Source: the human T2T-CHM13v2.0 reference genome, Homo sapiens
Strand: one strand, 5' to 3'
DNA length: 64,000 nt
Assembly (NCBI RefSeq): GCF_009914755.1
Contig: NC_060933.1
Of this stretch, positions 43,016-57,548 are shown piece by piece. The translations under genes were made by a program, and so were the position numbers. The notes beneath the pieces are model-generated. The model searched no databases. It was not told where the DNA came from and worked only from the letters and a program-made list of their open reading frames with translations. Positions within the stretch are counted from its first letter, which is position 1. Every line of letters begins with the position of its first letter.

Positions 43016-44529
43016 TTATAAATTATAATCAGAATAACTTATAATCTTAACTGACGCAGAGGAGTAACACAGTAAAAGATAAGTAAAAAGTACCCTAAAA
43101 GATATAGATCCTGATAAGTCAGAAAACATGAAAAGTCACTCAGTGGAGTGCTAAAAGCAGGATTTAGGAAAGATACTAGGACTCCATTTAAAAATAGTAA
43201 AGTTACAGCTACATAATTTTTATAAAAAATTAGAGGAAAATATATGTGATAGCTAAGACTTGCCCATTTTCCAGAGGGATTTTGACAGAGGTTGTTAAAA
43301 AATAGTCCATGTTGGCTGTGAGTCTTCTTCAAGGCATAGCCAAGCCATTCTTAACCTGTATATGAAAAGAAACTTCCTTAAAGAAAACCAGATGCTTAAT
43401 CTGATTAAGTCTAATACTATATTTTATAATATATTTTATTAATTTCTGACATTGATTTCTTGTCTTACCACTTTGTGACATCTATGTCTATGGACTTTAA
43501 TAGGTATATGCTAATGGTCCCTTCTAGCTTTTCTTTCTTCATCTTTTATAATTAATAAGGTGTTTTTTTAGTAATAAGTGAATTATGTTTATGGACACTT
43601 GGTTTATAAGAGTCTCATCAATTTTATGTAATTATGCTCGGTCAACCAAGTTTTCGGGGGTAAACATTCTCAAATTTTGTACTAGGAAAGTGTGAGTCGG
43701 TGTAGACCATAAAATATTTAGCATTTGGTCATTATTTTATGTTTTAAGTGTTTGCTAAAAACAAGTTAATCAGCAGAAAGACTTAATAGTCTCACATAAT
43801 GGAAGCAACACAGCAAGTATCAAAATAGAAACCTTTGTTAATAAAGCATATTTCATATTTATAGTTACCAATATAGTCTTAATAAGGTAATACACTGGTT
43901 TACATAATTTCCATAAAAATGAGGATGGGATCTACAGTTTAAAATCAACCCTATATTAATCACGTACTAATATGCATTTATAAGAGACCATTAGATAAGT
44001 ACCACTTAGGGCCCAGAGGGGAGATGGAGTGTCCTCTACTGCTCTGTCATTTTATATTTGCTGGAAAGAAAATTGTATCTTGAGTAGTCTAATGTGCATA
44101 TGGCTGCTGTAACAAGGAGAAGCCCCTTCAGGGCTACCAAACAACCTGCTTCCAGATCATCTCTAGTTAGTATTAAATAGCCCCTATTCTACAGGAACTC
44201 TAGATGAAACACCAGCTCATACACTTAGAATAAATCTGCTGTATTTTTTCTTCTCTTATACTTATCATTTGTAACTTTGTTAGTGTGACAAGGTAGATAT
44301 AAGCACACTACTTAAAAGTATGATAATTTTTTCTTTTATTTCTTTCAAATTCTATTATGGCAATAGTATTATAATAATATTCAAGGTTTGAAAATACACA
44401 AATACACCCACACATATATATAGTATATATATGTGCAAATATGTAATCTCAACTTTAATAAACTGATTCTATCATTTTCAGGTAGGTATAAAAATTACAA
44501 TGAGAACATTACTAAGAATACAGGAATAG

Positions 44530-47500
44530 ACTTTTACAAATAAATCACAAAGGATCAACTTTGAGAATGTTGGAATGAAGACCTCAGGCATGGCTTTCCC
44601 ACAAAAACAATAAAAATACTGGGATAAAAACCTAAATTTAATAATTTCAGAACTCTATAAATTGGCCAAAGCCAAGGAAGAAACTGGACATTGCCTATGG
44701 AAGAGAAACTACGGAACCTTAATAAGCCAGCAGGCTGTGATGCTTTAACTTCCTCTTTCTCTAGCATGGTAGCATGGAAAACATAAAAAGCTGCCTTTTA
44801 GCCAGCTGTGTTTTAGCAAGAGGAAAGACTGAACCATTTTGGAACTGTGTTAAAAGCACCATCTCCAGAAGCACTTTTAATATTTTGCCTAAACTTGCAG
44901 CTCTCTGAAAATTCCCTATTCTAGAGTGATGGTTATTTGATTTGAGTCAAATTTCTGTAAAAAGGTGTGGGGAATTCCCTATCCACAGGACATGCCAATA
45001 TCATAAAAGTTTGCTGGCAACATCACAACCGTCAAAGGCTATGAGTTCTGGTAGATCAAACAAGAGCTTTGCCAGGAATTTAAAAGGGAATAACAGAGAG
45101 CTATATAACCATAGGGAACTTTGAAAAACTCCCACATATTCCTAGGGATCTATGTGCCTGTTTAGGAAAGACCTGGGAAACTAGAAATTCCCACAAATAT
45201 CTGGTTGATATTGAGGTCTCATGCAAGCAGAAAGTGAAAGTTAAAACTACTGTAAACTACCTGAAGCTTGAAGGCATGCCCTCTCACACAGATCCCTTTG
45301 ACAGGAGAGAGACACAAAAGCAAAGCCTTTTAGGAAATCTTCTGAACAATCACTCCCAGACCCTTAAATTATAGTAACCTTGGGCTGATCACTAGGAAGC
45401 TAGACTTAAAAGAAAAATAATACCTAAAAATAATCTAATAGAGTTCAGTGGCTGCATATTACATTAAATACTGAATCTACAGAATTAATTGAGGAAAACT
45501 GAAATTAATTGAGGAACAACGATAACATAAAATTCTTTAACAACAAACTTTGGGGGATAAGAAAGGATCAGATACCAAAGTAGTTACAATGTATTATCTA
45601 AAATGTCATTTTTCGGTATGAAAATATAAGAAATGCAAAGAAATAGGAAAGCATGCCACATACAAAAGAAATAAAAACAGCTAATGGAAAACGTCCATGA
45701 GGACAATAATAGCACAAGGAAGGAGGCGAAAACAAGGTCCTTTCGGGTCAAAGTTTTGCATACTATTGAAATTAAGTTAGTACTGATATACTGTATTGTT
45801 TTAAATCAAATATTAATTATAAGCCACAAATCAGCCACTGAGGAAGTTGCTCAAAGAAAAAAGAAGGTTAAAAAACACATGGAAATTTCAATGATACATG
45901 AAAATAAACTAACACAAAAGATGGCAATAATTGAGAAATAGAGGGAAAAAGCTACATAAGTCATACAAAACACCAATAGCAAAATGGTAGATGTAAATAA
46001 CATCATTTCTACAATTACATTAAATCTAAATGAATTAAGTACTCTAACCAAAAGGCAAATATTGGCAGAATGGGGAAACAAGTAACATGATCTAACTATG
46101 CAAGAGATGGTCTTTAGATTAAAAGGCATAGATAGTTTAAAGAGAAAGAATGGGGAAACATATGCTAAGCAGTAACCAAAAGAGAGCTGGAGTGGATATA
46201 CTAATTCAGACAAAATTGACTTTAAAACAAAAAGTGTTACTACAGATAAAGAAAGACATAACGATAAAAAGATTATGGCTCAAAATGCGTTTAAGCATAA
46301 CACATAGCATTAAAGGGAGAAAGAGACAGTTTATAAATAATAGTTGAGGAATTCAATGCCCTACTTTCTGTAATGAATAAAATAACTAACAGAAGATAGA
46401 AGACTTGAAAAACACTATAACTAGACCTAAGAGGCATCTATAGAATACTCTGCCCAATAACAGTAGAATACACATTCTTCTCAAATGTACATGAACAATT
46501 GTCTAGCACATTGGCTCTATGTTATGACATGAAACAAACCTCAATTAATTTAATGGTTTGAAATAATAAAAGTTACATTTTCTGACCACAGGTATTTCAG
46601 CATAAATTAACAACAGGGGAAAATTTTAAATTTTATAAATATATGTAAATTAAACCAGCTGCCACCAAATAAGCAATTGATCAAAAAAGAAATCACAAGG
46701 AAAACTAGAAAATACTTTGAGAATACAAAAACAAACAAACAAAATAACATATGAACATGCTGGTAGAAGATGCAGGTAGAAGAGTGTTTAGAGGGAAATT
46801 TGTAGCTGTTTCCACTTATATTAAAAAAAAGTCCCCTATCAATAACCCAACCTTCTAATTTAAGAAACTAGAAAAGTAAGTACAAGATAACTCTCCAAAA
46901 ACACACAGAAGGAAGAAAATAATAAAAACTAGAGTGGAAATGAATAAAATAAAGAATAAAAAGATAATAGAGAAAAATCAATAAAACTATAAGTTGATTA
47001 AAGGATCAACAAAGTTGACAAATCTTTAGCTAGACTAATCAAGACTAAAAGAGAAAAGATGCAAATATTAGAATCCAAAATGAAAAAGGGACATAATGAA
47101 CAATCTCACAGAAATGTTTTACAAATTATAAGGAGCACTATAATTTGTTTTACAAATTATAAGGAGCACTAAAACTATATGACAAAAATTAAGTAACTTA
47201 GAAGAAAGAATTCCCAGAAAGAAATACTATGAAACTAATTCGAAGTTAAATAGACCATCTAAAACAGACCTATAACAAGCAAAAAGACTGAATTAATAAT
47301 TGAAATACTTCCTACAAAGAAAAATTCAGAACCAGATGTCTTTACTAATGAATTATACTAAAAATTTAAATTACGAATATTATTTGTCACAAACTTTTCT
47401 AATGTCTCAACTCATTGTATAAGACTAGTATTCCCCAATATTCAAACCAAAAACATTAGAAGAAAAGAAAAGCTACACAATAAAGAAGTTCAGCAATTTT

Positions 47501-49330
47501 GCAGGATACTAGATAAATGTACAAAATTCACGTATTCACTAGCAATCAGCAATTCAAAAATAAAATCAGATCACAGTTACATGTCAATAGCATTAAAAAA
47601 AAATCCAGGAATAAATTAGGTCAAAGATATGCAAGGTTTATACACCGAAAACTACAGAACATTGTTGAAAAAAATTAAAGATTAAATAGAAAGACATTAC
47701 ATGTGCATGAATTGAGAAATTTAATATTAAGCTACTAATACTCCCCAGCTTATCTACAGATTCAATACAAACTATTTCAAAGTTCCAGCCAAATTTGTTT
47801 TTGTGTTAGGGGTTGGGAGGGTGGAAATAGACAAGTTTATCCTAAAATCCTTCATATAGAAATTTAAGGAACCCAGAATAGCTAAAACATATTACAAAAG
47901 AAAAAAGTTAGAGAACTCAGACTTTTTAATTTCAACGCTTACTAGAAAACTACTATAATCAAGGCAGTGTGGTACTGACATAAAGAAAGATATCCAGATC
48001 AATGGGATGAAATTGAAAGTCCGGAAATAAACCCTAGCATGTATGGTAAACACTATCCACAAAAGTACCAAGACAATTCAATGGGGAAATTATAGTCTTT
48101 TCAATAGTGCACAGGCAGCTATTTATATGCAAAAGAATAAATTTGGACACTTATTTTACATAGTGTAAAGAGTTAATTCAAAATATATTATCTATCTAAA
48201 TTTATCACAAAACTATAATATTTGTAGAAGAAAACATATGAGCAAATCATCATGACCCTGGTATAGGCAATGGTTTCTGAAATATGACACCAGAAGCATA
48301 AGTGACAAGAGAAAAAATAAACAAATTGGGCCTCATTAAAATTTAAATTTTTTTCTGTATTAAGAACACCAGGAAGGAAGTGAAAATAGAGCCCATAGAA
48401 TGAAAGAAAATATTTGCAAATCATACAGTTAGCAAGAGATGTGAATTCAGAATATATAAAGTACTCTTATAAATCAACTTTTAAAAAATTTTAAAAATGG
48501 CAATGGATTTGAATAGATAGTTCGTCAAAGAAGATATTCAAATGGTCTATAAGTACAAGAAGAGTTGCTGAAAATCATTAGTCATTGAGGAAATGCAACT
48601 TGAAAGCACAATGTAATACTAATCCACATTCACTAAGATGGCTGTAATAAAAAGACAGTAACAAGTGTTGGAGAAAATGTGGAGAAATCAGAACTATCAT
48701 GCACCAATGGTGGAAATGTAAAAGCATGTGGTGCTTTGGAAAGCAGTTTGACAGTTCTTTAATATGTTAAACACAGAGTTATCACATAAACCAGAAATTC
48801 CACTCCTAAGTCAGTGACCAAAAGAAATAGAGACATTTGTCCACACAACACTTGTATGTGATAGTTCATAGCAACATTATTTACGGTAGCTAATAGAAAA
48901 AAAGTCCACCAACTGATGAATAACTAAAAAATATATGGTATAACCATAGTTGGAATATTATTTGGCAGTAAAAAAGGATAAAGTACTGACACATGCTGCA
49001 ACATGGATGAATCTTGAAGAAATATCTTAAGTGAGAGAAACTAGTAGCAAAATACTACATATTTAATTATCTAATTTATATGAAATACCTAGAACAGGAA
49101 AATCTATAGAGACAAAATGTAGGATAGCAGTTGTCTAGGTTGGAGAGTGGTATTGGGAGGAAGTGGTAATGACTGCTAATGAACACAATCCTTCTTTTTT
49201 TTTTTTTCTGAATCATGAAGATATCCAAAACTTAGATTGTGGTGATACTTGCTTAAATCTATGTCCATATTGAAAATCCACAGAACTGTACCCTATAAAT
49301 GGCTGCATTTTATGGTACATAAATTATATT
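44530..49330 (+). mobile_element. Old L1M with 5'UTR, deleted ORF1, ORF2 pieces and an L1MB-type 3' end
   Basis: ORF2 endonuclease-like 'taaatgaattaagtactctaaccaaaaggca' and 'aaagagagctggagtggatatacta'. 3' end 'acatgctgcaacatggatgaatcttgaa...ttagattgtggtgat...aattatattttaataaa'. Confidence 0.85.
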
Positions 49331-50379
49331 TTAATAAACATTTAAAAATTCATGGACAAGTACTTAATCTCCCATATCACGATTGAAAACAATACGTTTA
49401 CACTCAAAGAAATATAATAATAATAACACAATATTGGTTGCCCTTTAGTAACTTTTACAGGAGCCAAGTGAGAATCAGACATTGATTAACTGATTAATTT
49501 GGGTGCATGAAACTGATCATTAAGACAATATTAAGGAATAGATAATATTAATAAACATATTACACAAGAGAAAATGGAATGTCATAAAATTAGGTCAGGA
49601 GCTCACAGCTAATCACCTGATAAATGGTAGAACTAGAATATAAAATCAATATGTAAAGTCTGTGCACTTTCTTTGATCTATCTGGCCTTATGAAATATCT
49701 AGAGCAACATTTAACATAATGTTTTTGCCATGTATTCCTGCCAGTAATGTTTCTAGATTTTACATTTTACAAGGGTTCCATGGTTAAAAACTGAAAAAAA
49801 CCGATTCACAAAACGTATATTCTTTTTGAGACTCTGTAGTAAGAACACTAATTCAATTATTTCTGTACAAATGAGCTAACAAGCCCATATTAAAACAAGT
49901 GACTTTCCTAATGTTTCTTAATCTGTGGCCACACCAAAACTGCCTTTCAAATCAGTGGTTTTACTCTACTATATCAGCCATATATCAGGGACAAGGGCTT
50001 GGCTTCTCTGCTTAATGATTTTGGACAATTAACAACATTATTATCACTCTCTTCAAAATGAGTTACCTTGCCTCTCACTACATGCCAACAGTAGCACAGC
50101 ACCATCTTCACCCTACTCAAACAAGAATGATATATTTTTCTTGATTATCTTGTCCAGGCATGCAAAACTGATGGCATTTATGGCATTCTAGTTTCATCAG
50201 GTAATAAGGATCTTCTACAACAAAGACTGGCAGAGCCCTGGTCTCAGGATCCTCTCTTGCCTGCACTGAATACATACATCGAATGCATATTTAATATGCA
50301 TTTGTGTGCCCAGTGGGTTGTACTAGGTATCACAAGTAACACTTATTAAGCCAAACGAATGACTTATGAATAAAATGTC

Positions 50380-52845
50380 CCAAACCCTAGCTGTATATTC
50401 AACTAAACACCCACCATTCCTCTTTCCAATACTATCTACTTACCACTGCATACTAAATTTCAAAGCCCTGTTTTGATTAGCTTAATCACCTACTCAAGAA
50501 TCATGAATGGTTTTTCTACTGTCTGCAAAATAAAATCCAATTTATTTAGCATGTCATTTATTATTTTCCCAACACATGGCCCACTAACCACACCTAATTT
50601 CCAGAAAAAAATATGCAACTTGCTCTTCTTCCAAATGAGCCCCATATTTCATAATTGCTGGGTCTTTGTCCATGTTTTTTTCTGATGCTCAAAATTCTTT
50701 CTTTTCCCAACTGTTTGACAAAATTTTATTCATTTTTGTCTCAAAGGCAACCTCCATAATAAATTCTTTCTTAATTCTCAAATCAGAAATAAGTTGTACT
50801 TTTTGTGAATTCTTTGGAAAATTATTTATAAAACTCATCTGACACACATATGATAGAATACAAGAGAAATGAACTTACCCTTAACTCCCCACTATTCTGT
50901 GACTGAAGAAATTGATACTTAGAAAGGCAGCCCCAGGTCAAACTCCTAATAAGGGCCTGCAATTTTATTCAAATTAATTTAGCTAAATCCAAGTCTGAGC
51001 TCTTATGATAATCACAGTAGGTAACTTTCTTTTCCCAGTCCAGCTATATTTAAGGCACTGTTCTCTTTACATTTAAAAACCCTTCTCTTCTTCTTGAATC
51101 TCTTTATTCTCCTGTCTCTGAGACCTGGTTTTTCTCCCATATCATTGTATACTCCTTCTAAGTTTCTATTTCAAGATATTTTCCTCTTCTCAATCCCTAA
51201 TTGTTGGAATGTCCCAACCTTGGACTCTTTATCTTCTTTATCGACACTCATTGTCATGGTTTTAAATACTATCTATGTGCTTGTGACTTCAAGATTTACA
51301 TATCCAACTCCAATCTCTTTCTGAGCTACAGACAAAAATATCCAACCACCTGCTCAGAACCTCCATTTGGATGTCTAATTTAAAGTTAAAATATTCAGAG
51401 GAGTTTCTCTGTTTTTCTCCCCTACCAAAATACATTCCTATACCTCCTTTTTTCCTATCTCACCAAAGAGCACACCATCCACCCAGTAGTTCAAAGTAAA
51501 AGCCAGCCACAATCCTTGATTGTTCTTTATCCTTGTCATTTAGAATCCACAGCAAGTTCTTTTGGTGGCCACCAAAATGTCTGATAATTTCTCATCATCT
51601 GCATTCTTACCATGTTCATTGAAGTCACCGAAATATCTTGCCTGGAACTTGCCAAGTTTTCATAACTAGGTCTTCTTCTTCCAGTTCTGCCCTAACACTG
51701 GATAGCTTCTGTTTTCCTCTACAGATCTGTTCACCAACCTCTTTGCCCTGTGTCTCCTGAGGCTGACCTGAATGGATGCACCATTAGGCTCCCTTGCATT
51801 CTAAATTGCACTTGGTTTGCTCAACGACCAGGCATGGGGGAGGGCATCAGTGAGAGTTGTGGGCCAGGAAGGGTGTGAAGGGAGAGATTAATCCCCATGA
51901 TCATCCCGTGCAGACTGACCTCTGGTTGACCAGGTCCTGAATGCAGGTTCTCAATTTCTACCAGACACCCCTCTTCACAAAAGCCTTTCTCTTCTCATTT
52001 CACTAGCATCTGCATTCCCCTGTCCTTTTGGTTTTAGGAGTGGTAAAAATCTCCCAGTTACTGGCCTTGGTTTAATGAACTATAGTTTGCTGATTGGCTA
52101 CATCTTTATGAACAGTCCTATTATTAAATTATTCTCAAACTAGCCAATATGAGTGTGTCATTTGTGCCCAGCAGGGACTCCAACTGATACACTATCTGTG
52201 GCTTATTCTACATATATCAGCATATGTGATCTTTCAAGAAAAATAAATGAAATCATGAACTGTTTCTTCTCCAAGCCCTCCAGCGACTTTCCTGTTCCTT
52301 TAAACTGAGATTCAAGTCCCAAACTATAGCCCTTTAGGCCCTGTGGGAGCTGGCTCTGCTCATAACTCTTGCTTCATCTTCCACCACTTTCCTTTTCAGT
52401 CCTCCTGTTCCTGCTGTCCTGACTTACCATTTGTCTCTCAATAAGACTATACCATGCTGAGCATTTTTTTTTTTATCTCTGAGCCATTGCATTTTTCTGT
52501 TCTGCCTGAAATATCCCTCATATTGCTTGCTTCCTCTTTCTTTTAGGTATCATTTAGAGGGGCCTCCCTAATTTTGAAAGATTTTCTCTCTTCTGCATTT
52601 AATATCTAACCTTTTGCCTGACTTTATTCTTCTAGGATTTATCCATATCCAAAATTATATATTTACTTATTTGAATATTGTCTGTTTTATTCACCTGAGT
52701 ATATTTCACAATGTCAAGGATTTTACCTCTTTTAGCCACTATTACATTTAGAATGAGAAAACAGTGCCTGTCACATACCAGCGCTATGAAAAAAAAGAAG
52801 AATGATTTGAGCACTTTAAATGAATGAATGAATGAATGAATGAGG
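50380..52845 (+). mobile_element. L2 fragments ending in a (GAAT)n tail, with an old ERVL-type LTR (LTR16/33-like) at ~51700-52190
   Basis: L2 motifs ('ccatttggatgtctaat', 'acagtgcctgtcacata') and a (TGAA)n tail at 52820-52843. Confidence 0.65.
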
Positions 52846-54431
52846 TAGCCAAGTAGGTGCTATTATAAATCACTATTTTACAGATAGAGAACTGAGAGTT
52901 ACCCAGAAAATGATAGAATATTGAACTGCTTTAATAGAGGCAAGAACAATGTCTTATTATGCTTTTAATTGTCCTTAAACTCTCACACAGTGCCTTGCAC
53001 ATACCAGTCTTTCAATTGATTGATGTTCAGTAATGAGGAAAGCTGTTAAGGATGGGCAATGTGGCAGCAATGTGAATATTGGCTTTAGTAGGGAAACGAG
53101 TTAGGAATTTATTTGAGTGCTTAGATGTATACTTCCATATAGTCTCCAACAACATAAATTGATCATTAAAAAGGTATTTTAATGAAGACATCTGTGACTA
53201 TTACAGGCAAATGTTAATGATTTACGTGTATCTGTTTATAATTACTTACCTAGTTTGTAGATCATCCAGGCCTTTAGCTGCTGCTTGTCTTTCGGAAGGT
53301 CTACTCTTTGGACATTGTGGCTCATTAATAAATTTATCAAACAATTTTGTACAGAAAAAAGTATCAGAAATTCATACTAGTCATTTTAAAACTTTTATTA
53401 GTAGTTCTGCTACAAGCAAATGAAAACATTTTAGAAATAAATCATGATATGCAAATTTTACCCTTGAATTTAGCTTCACAACTATTTCTTCAAATGTATA
53501 CTGAATATATAATGGTTTATAATGTGATATGTGGGATTTTAAAAATTTAGATATCAACCCAGCTCCATATTATTTGGTTAAACATGATAAAAACACACAT
53601 ATAAAGCAAGTAGATACCAAGTTCAAGACAAGATGCTACATAAGCTCATACAGGAGGCAGTGGACCAGATTTGCTTAGGATTTGAAAGTCTGTCCTTATA
53701 TGATTTTCATGAAATATTTTGATTTTGTTAACCAGTTAGATACAACCATACCATGTCTGACATTCGTAAATATAGTAAGGGAAATTTTTTGTGCTTTTCA
53801 TGATTGTGATTGGTAATTTTGATTCTGGTAGAATCTCTGGGTACTTTTTTTCTCATGTAAAACCAAGAAACAGCCACAAGCCTTTTTGTCAAAACATTGT
53901 AAAATGACTTAAAGCATACAGCTCCATGATAGGAACATACTTCCAAATCACAAAATTTGACATTAAGAAAATATCATTAGAAAATTTAAGGATGAATTTT
54001 AGAAACTGCTCTTGAGGCAAAGGAACATTCTGTGATGCCCAAATGTAAGTCTAATAATCAATGTCAGAGAAAAACAAAAACCAAAAAACTCATTGCATAA
54101 GAGTACATAATATCTTCATATAGTCCCTTAATGTAATTCTACATACTCATGTTTGTCTTAATTTGATTGATTCTTTAAAACAGTTTTAAAGATTATTGTC
54201 CCTGGTCAGTAAATTGCTATTAATTTTTCTTCCAAAGGGCAGAAAGAGTTTCTCTTTTGTAGAATGTCTAAAATCTGAAGTTAAAATATAGCATTACTGT
54301 AAGATACTTAGTGGCCACTAAATCTTAAAACAATTCCATAAGATCAGTCGACTGATGAAAGAACAAGTATTCAGACAAGTTTCAATTCAATGCCATGAAC
54401 CAAATATACACAAATAGAAAATTTAAATTGA

Positions 54432-54742
54432 ACTGGTTGCAGTGGCCCAGGCCTGTACTCCTAGCACTTTGGGAGGCCGAGGCAGGCGGATCACAAGGTC
54501 AAGAGATCGAGACTATCCAGGCCAACATGGTGAAACCCTGTCTCTACTAAAAGTACAAAAATTAGCCAGGCGTGGTGGTGCCTGCCTGTAGTCCCAGCTA
54601 TTCGGGAGGCTGAGGCAGGAGAATTGCTTGAACCCAGAGGCAGAGGTTGCAGTGAGCCAAGATTGCACCATTGCACTCCAGCCTGGGTGACAGAGCAAGT
54701 CTCCATCTCAAAAAAAAACAAAAAACAAAAAAAAAAAAGAAA
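54432..54742 (+). mobile_element. AluSc with a 16-bp TSD
   Basis: Sc-type 'ggatcacaaggtcaagagatcgagac'. TSD AGAAAATTTAAATTGA at 54416-54431 and 54743-54758. Confidence 0.96.
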
Positions 54743-55164
54743 AGAAAATTTAAATTGATATACATTAGAATCTACAATGAAAAGATTTATACATCAAACA
54801 CAATAGTGTTAAAATTCACAGAAAATACTATAGGAAATGTAAAAGGGATAGAAACACTTTTAAAAACAAATTTCTATACTAGGAAAATTTAGAAGTTGCA
54901 GGAATATTGAGTCAATTTATTACTTACAGCGTGTGCTGATCATAATCCCAAAACACACAATTCTGAACCCTGAAATCCTGAATGATCAAAAATCTCTAAA
55001 GATTAAAATCCCTAATTATTGTATTTTTGCTTTTATACAGTATAGTTGCATCATGTTGCACCACGTTAGGTGGAACTGTTCCTTTGTTATTGTATTCATT
55101 TGGAAATTAAGTGTGGTTTAAGGAGATGTGTATGAGTAGAAACTTGGCAAAGGGTAGACTTGTG

Positions 55165-55690
55165 GACTCCATTTTAGATATTGACGGGATTAAGAACTAC
55201 CTATAAATGTGGTAATGCATTACCAGGTTTGTGTCTGTGACATTGTTTCAGAGATTAGTGTTTGAGGCTAAGTGGACTAGATGGGGAAGATCTGCCTTCA
55301 GTGTTGGTGGGCACCATCCAATAGGCCAGGGCTCAGAGTCAACAAATACAGAAGAAGGTGAACTGGCCTCTCTCTAAGAACTGGGACAGACTTTTCTGCT
55401 GCAACTTTGGACATAGACTTCCAGGCTTCTCAGTCTTTGGCCTCAACAACTTATCCTACTTTGTCCCCTAGTCCCAAGGCTGTTGACCTTAGGCTTACCT
55501 GGTTCTGAGGCCTTGGACTTGAAACGAGCCATTCTACATGCATCTCAGCCTCTCCAGCCTGCAGATGGCCTGTCGTGGGACTTCTTTGCCACCATAATTG
55601 TGTGAGCCAATTCCCCTAGTAAATCCCCTGTCATGTATCTATATACATATCCTATTGGTTCTGTCTCTCTGGAGAACCCTGACTGACACA
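55165..55690 (+). mobile_element. MLT2B-like (ERVL) LTR inside Ricksha
   Basis: 'ggggaagatctgccttcagtgttggtgggcaccatccaat' ... 'cctattggttctgtctctctggagaaccctgactgacaca'. Confidence 0.85.
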
Positions 55691-55747
55691 TATTTGGTGT
55701 TGGGGTAACCAAATATAATTCATTCTTACTGTATTCTCTACAACACA

Positions 55748-56020
55748 GTGGAAGAGATCTGTAAAATTATTCCATCATGAAAAGGCTGTGATAAGTGAAG
55801 CGTACAAGGCTACTTAATGGTGAAAGATAAATGTTTAAAACCTAATTATTTTGGGTGCTGCAAAAGCAGAAAATCACTTCATTGCAATGTCTGGCCAATA
55901 ACCAGATTGAAAATGGACATCATATATTTACAAAATGTGTAGACCATAACCACTCTCTAAATTCAAGTGCAGCTAGTGTTTTCAAAATTATAAAGGAAGG
56001 GACAACACGGGTGAAAAATA
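55748..56020 (+). pseudogene. Decayed MULE transposase N-terminus (FLYWCH-type zinc finger)
   Basis: Manual translation VEEICKIIPS*KGCDK*SVQGYLMVKDKCLKPNYFGCCKSRKSLHCNVWPITRL / (frameshift) ENGHHIFTKCVDHNHS fits the FLYWCH pattern GY...Y(W)xC...C...HNH. It has two stops and a frameshift. Confidence 0.7.
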
Positions 56021-56024
56021 CCTG

Positions 56025-56316
<292 letters not shown>

Positions 56317-56356
56317 AGACTCCCAAGTTATTCAATTTTGTATGACTTCTGCCCCT

Positions 56357-57548
56357 AACTAAACCCAAAGCCAGCAGAAGAAAAGAAATGACAAAGATCA
56401 GACCTGAACTAAATGAATTGAAACAAAAAAAATACAAACGATAAATGAAATTAAAAGCTGGTTCTCAGAAAACATAAACAAAACTGATAGGCCATTAGCA
56501 AGATTAACCAAGAAAAGAAGATCCAAATAATCGAAATTAGAAATGAAACCGGAGATTTTACAACTGATACCACAGAAATACATAATATAATTCAAGGCTA
56601 CTATGAACACCTTTACACTCACAAACTAGAAAATCTGAAGGAAATGAATAAAACCCTCCTACATTAAATCAGGACGAAAGAGAAACCCTGAACAGACCAA
56701 TAACAAGCACCGAGATTGATTCAGTAATCAAAAAGAAATTGCCAACAAAAATAAAGTCCAGGACCAGATGGATTCACAGCTAAATTCTACCAGACATTCA
56801 AAGAAGAATTGATACTAATCCTGCTGAAACTATTTCAAAAGATGGAGAAATAGGGCATCCTCCCTAAATCATTCTATGAAGCCAGTATCACCTAATACCA
56901 AAACCAGGAAAGGACATAACAACAAAAAAATAAAACTGCAGACCAATATCTCTGATGAACACAGATGCAAAAATCTTCAACAAAACACTAGCTAAGCAAA
57001 TCCAACAGCAATCAGAAAGATAATACATCATTATCAAGTGGGTTTCATCCAGGGATGCAGGGAGTGTTTAACATACACAAGGCAATAAATGTAAAATATC
57101 ACATAAACAAAATTAAAAACAAAAACCATATTATCATCTCAATAGATTCAGAAAGCGCATATGACAAAATCCAGTATCCCTTTATGATAAAAACCCTTAA
57201 CAAAATAGGCCTACAAGGGACTCACCTCGAAGTAATAAAAGCCATCTATGAAAAATCCGTAGCCAACGTAATACCAAATGGGGAACAATTGAAAGTATTC
57301 CCCTTGAGAACTGGAACAAAACAAGGATGCCCCACTTGCACCACTTCTGTTCAACGTACTAGTACTGTAAGTCCTAGCCAGGCCAATCACGCAAGTGAAA
57401 GAAATAAAGGGCATCCAAATTGGAAAAGAGAAAGTCAAACTGTTCATGCATGATATGATTGTACACCTAGAAAACCCTAAAAACTCGTCCAAAAGGTTGC
57501 TAGATCTGTTAAACAATTTCAGTAAAGTCTCAGGTTAAAAACTAATGT
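56357..57548 (+). mobile_element. L1PB-like ORF2 internal fragment, truncated at both ends
   Basis: ORF 57055-57453 is RT-region-like ([31 protein letters not shown]...[10 protein letters not shown]). No 3'UTR or poly(A). Confidence 0.88.
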
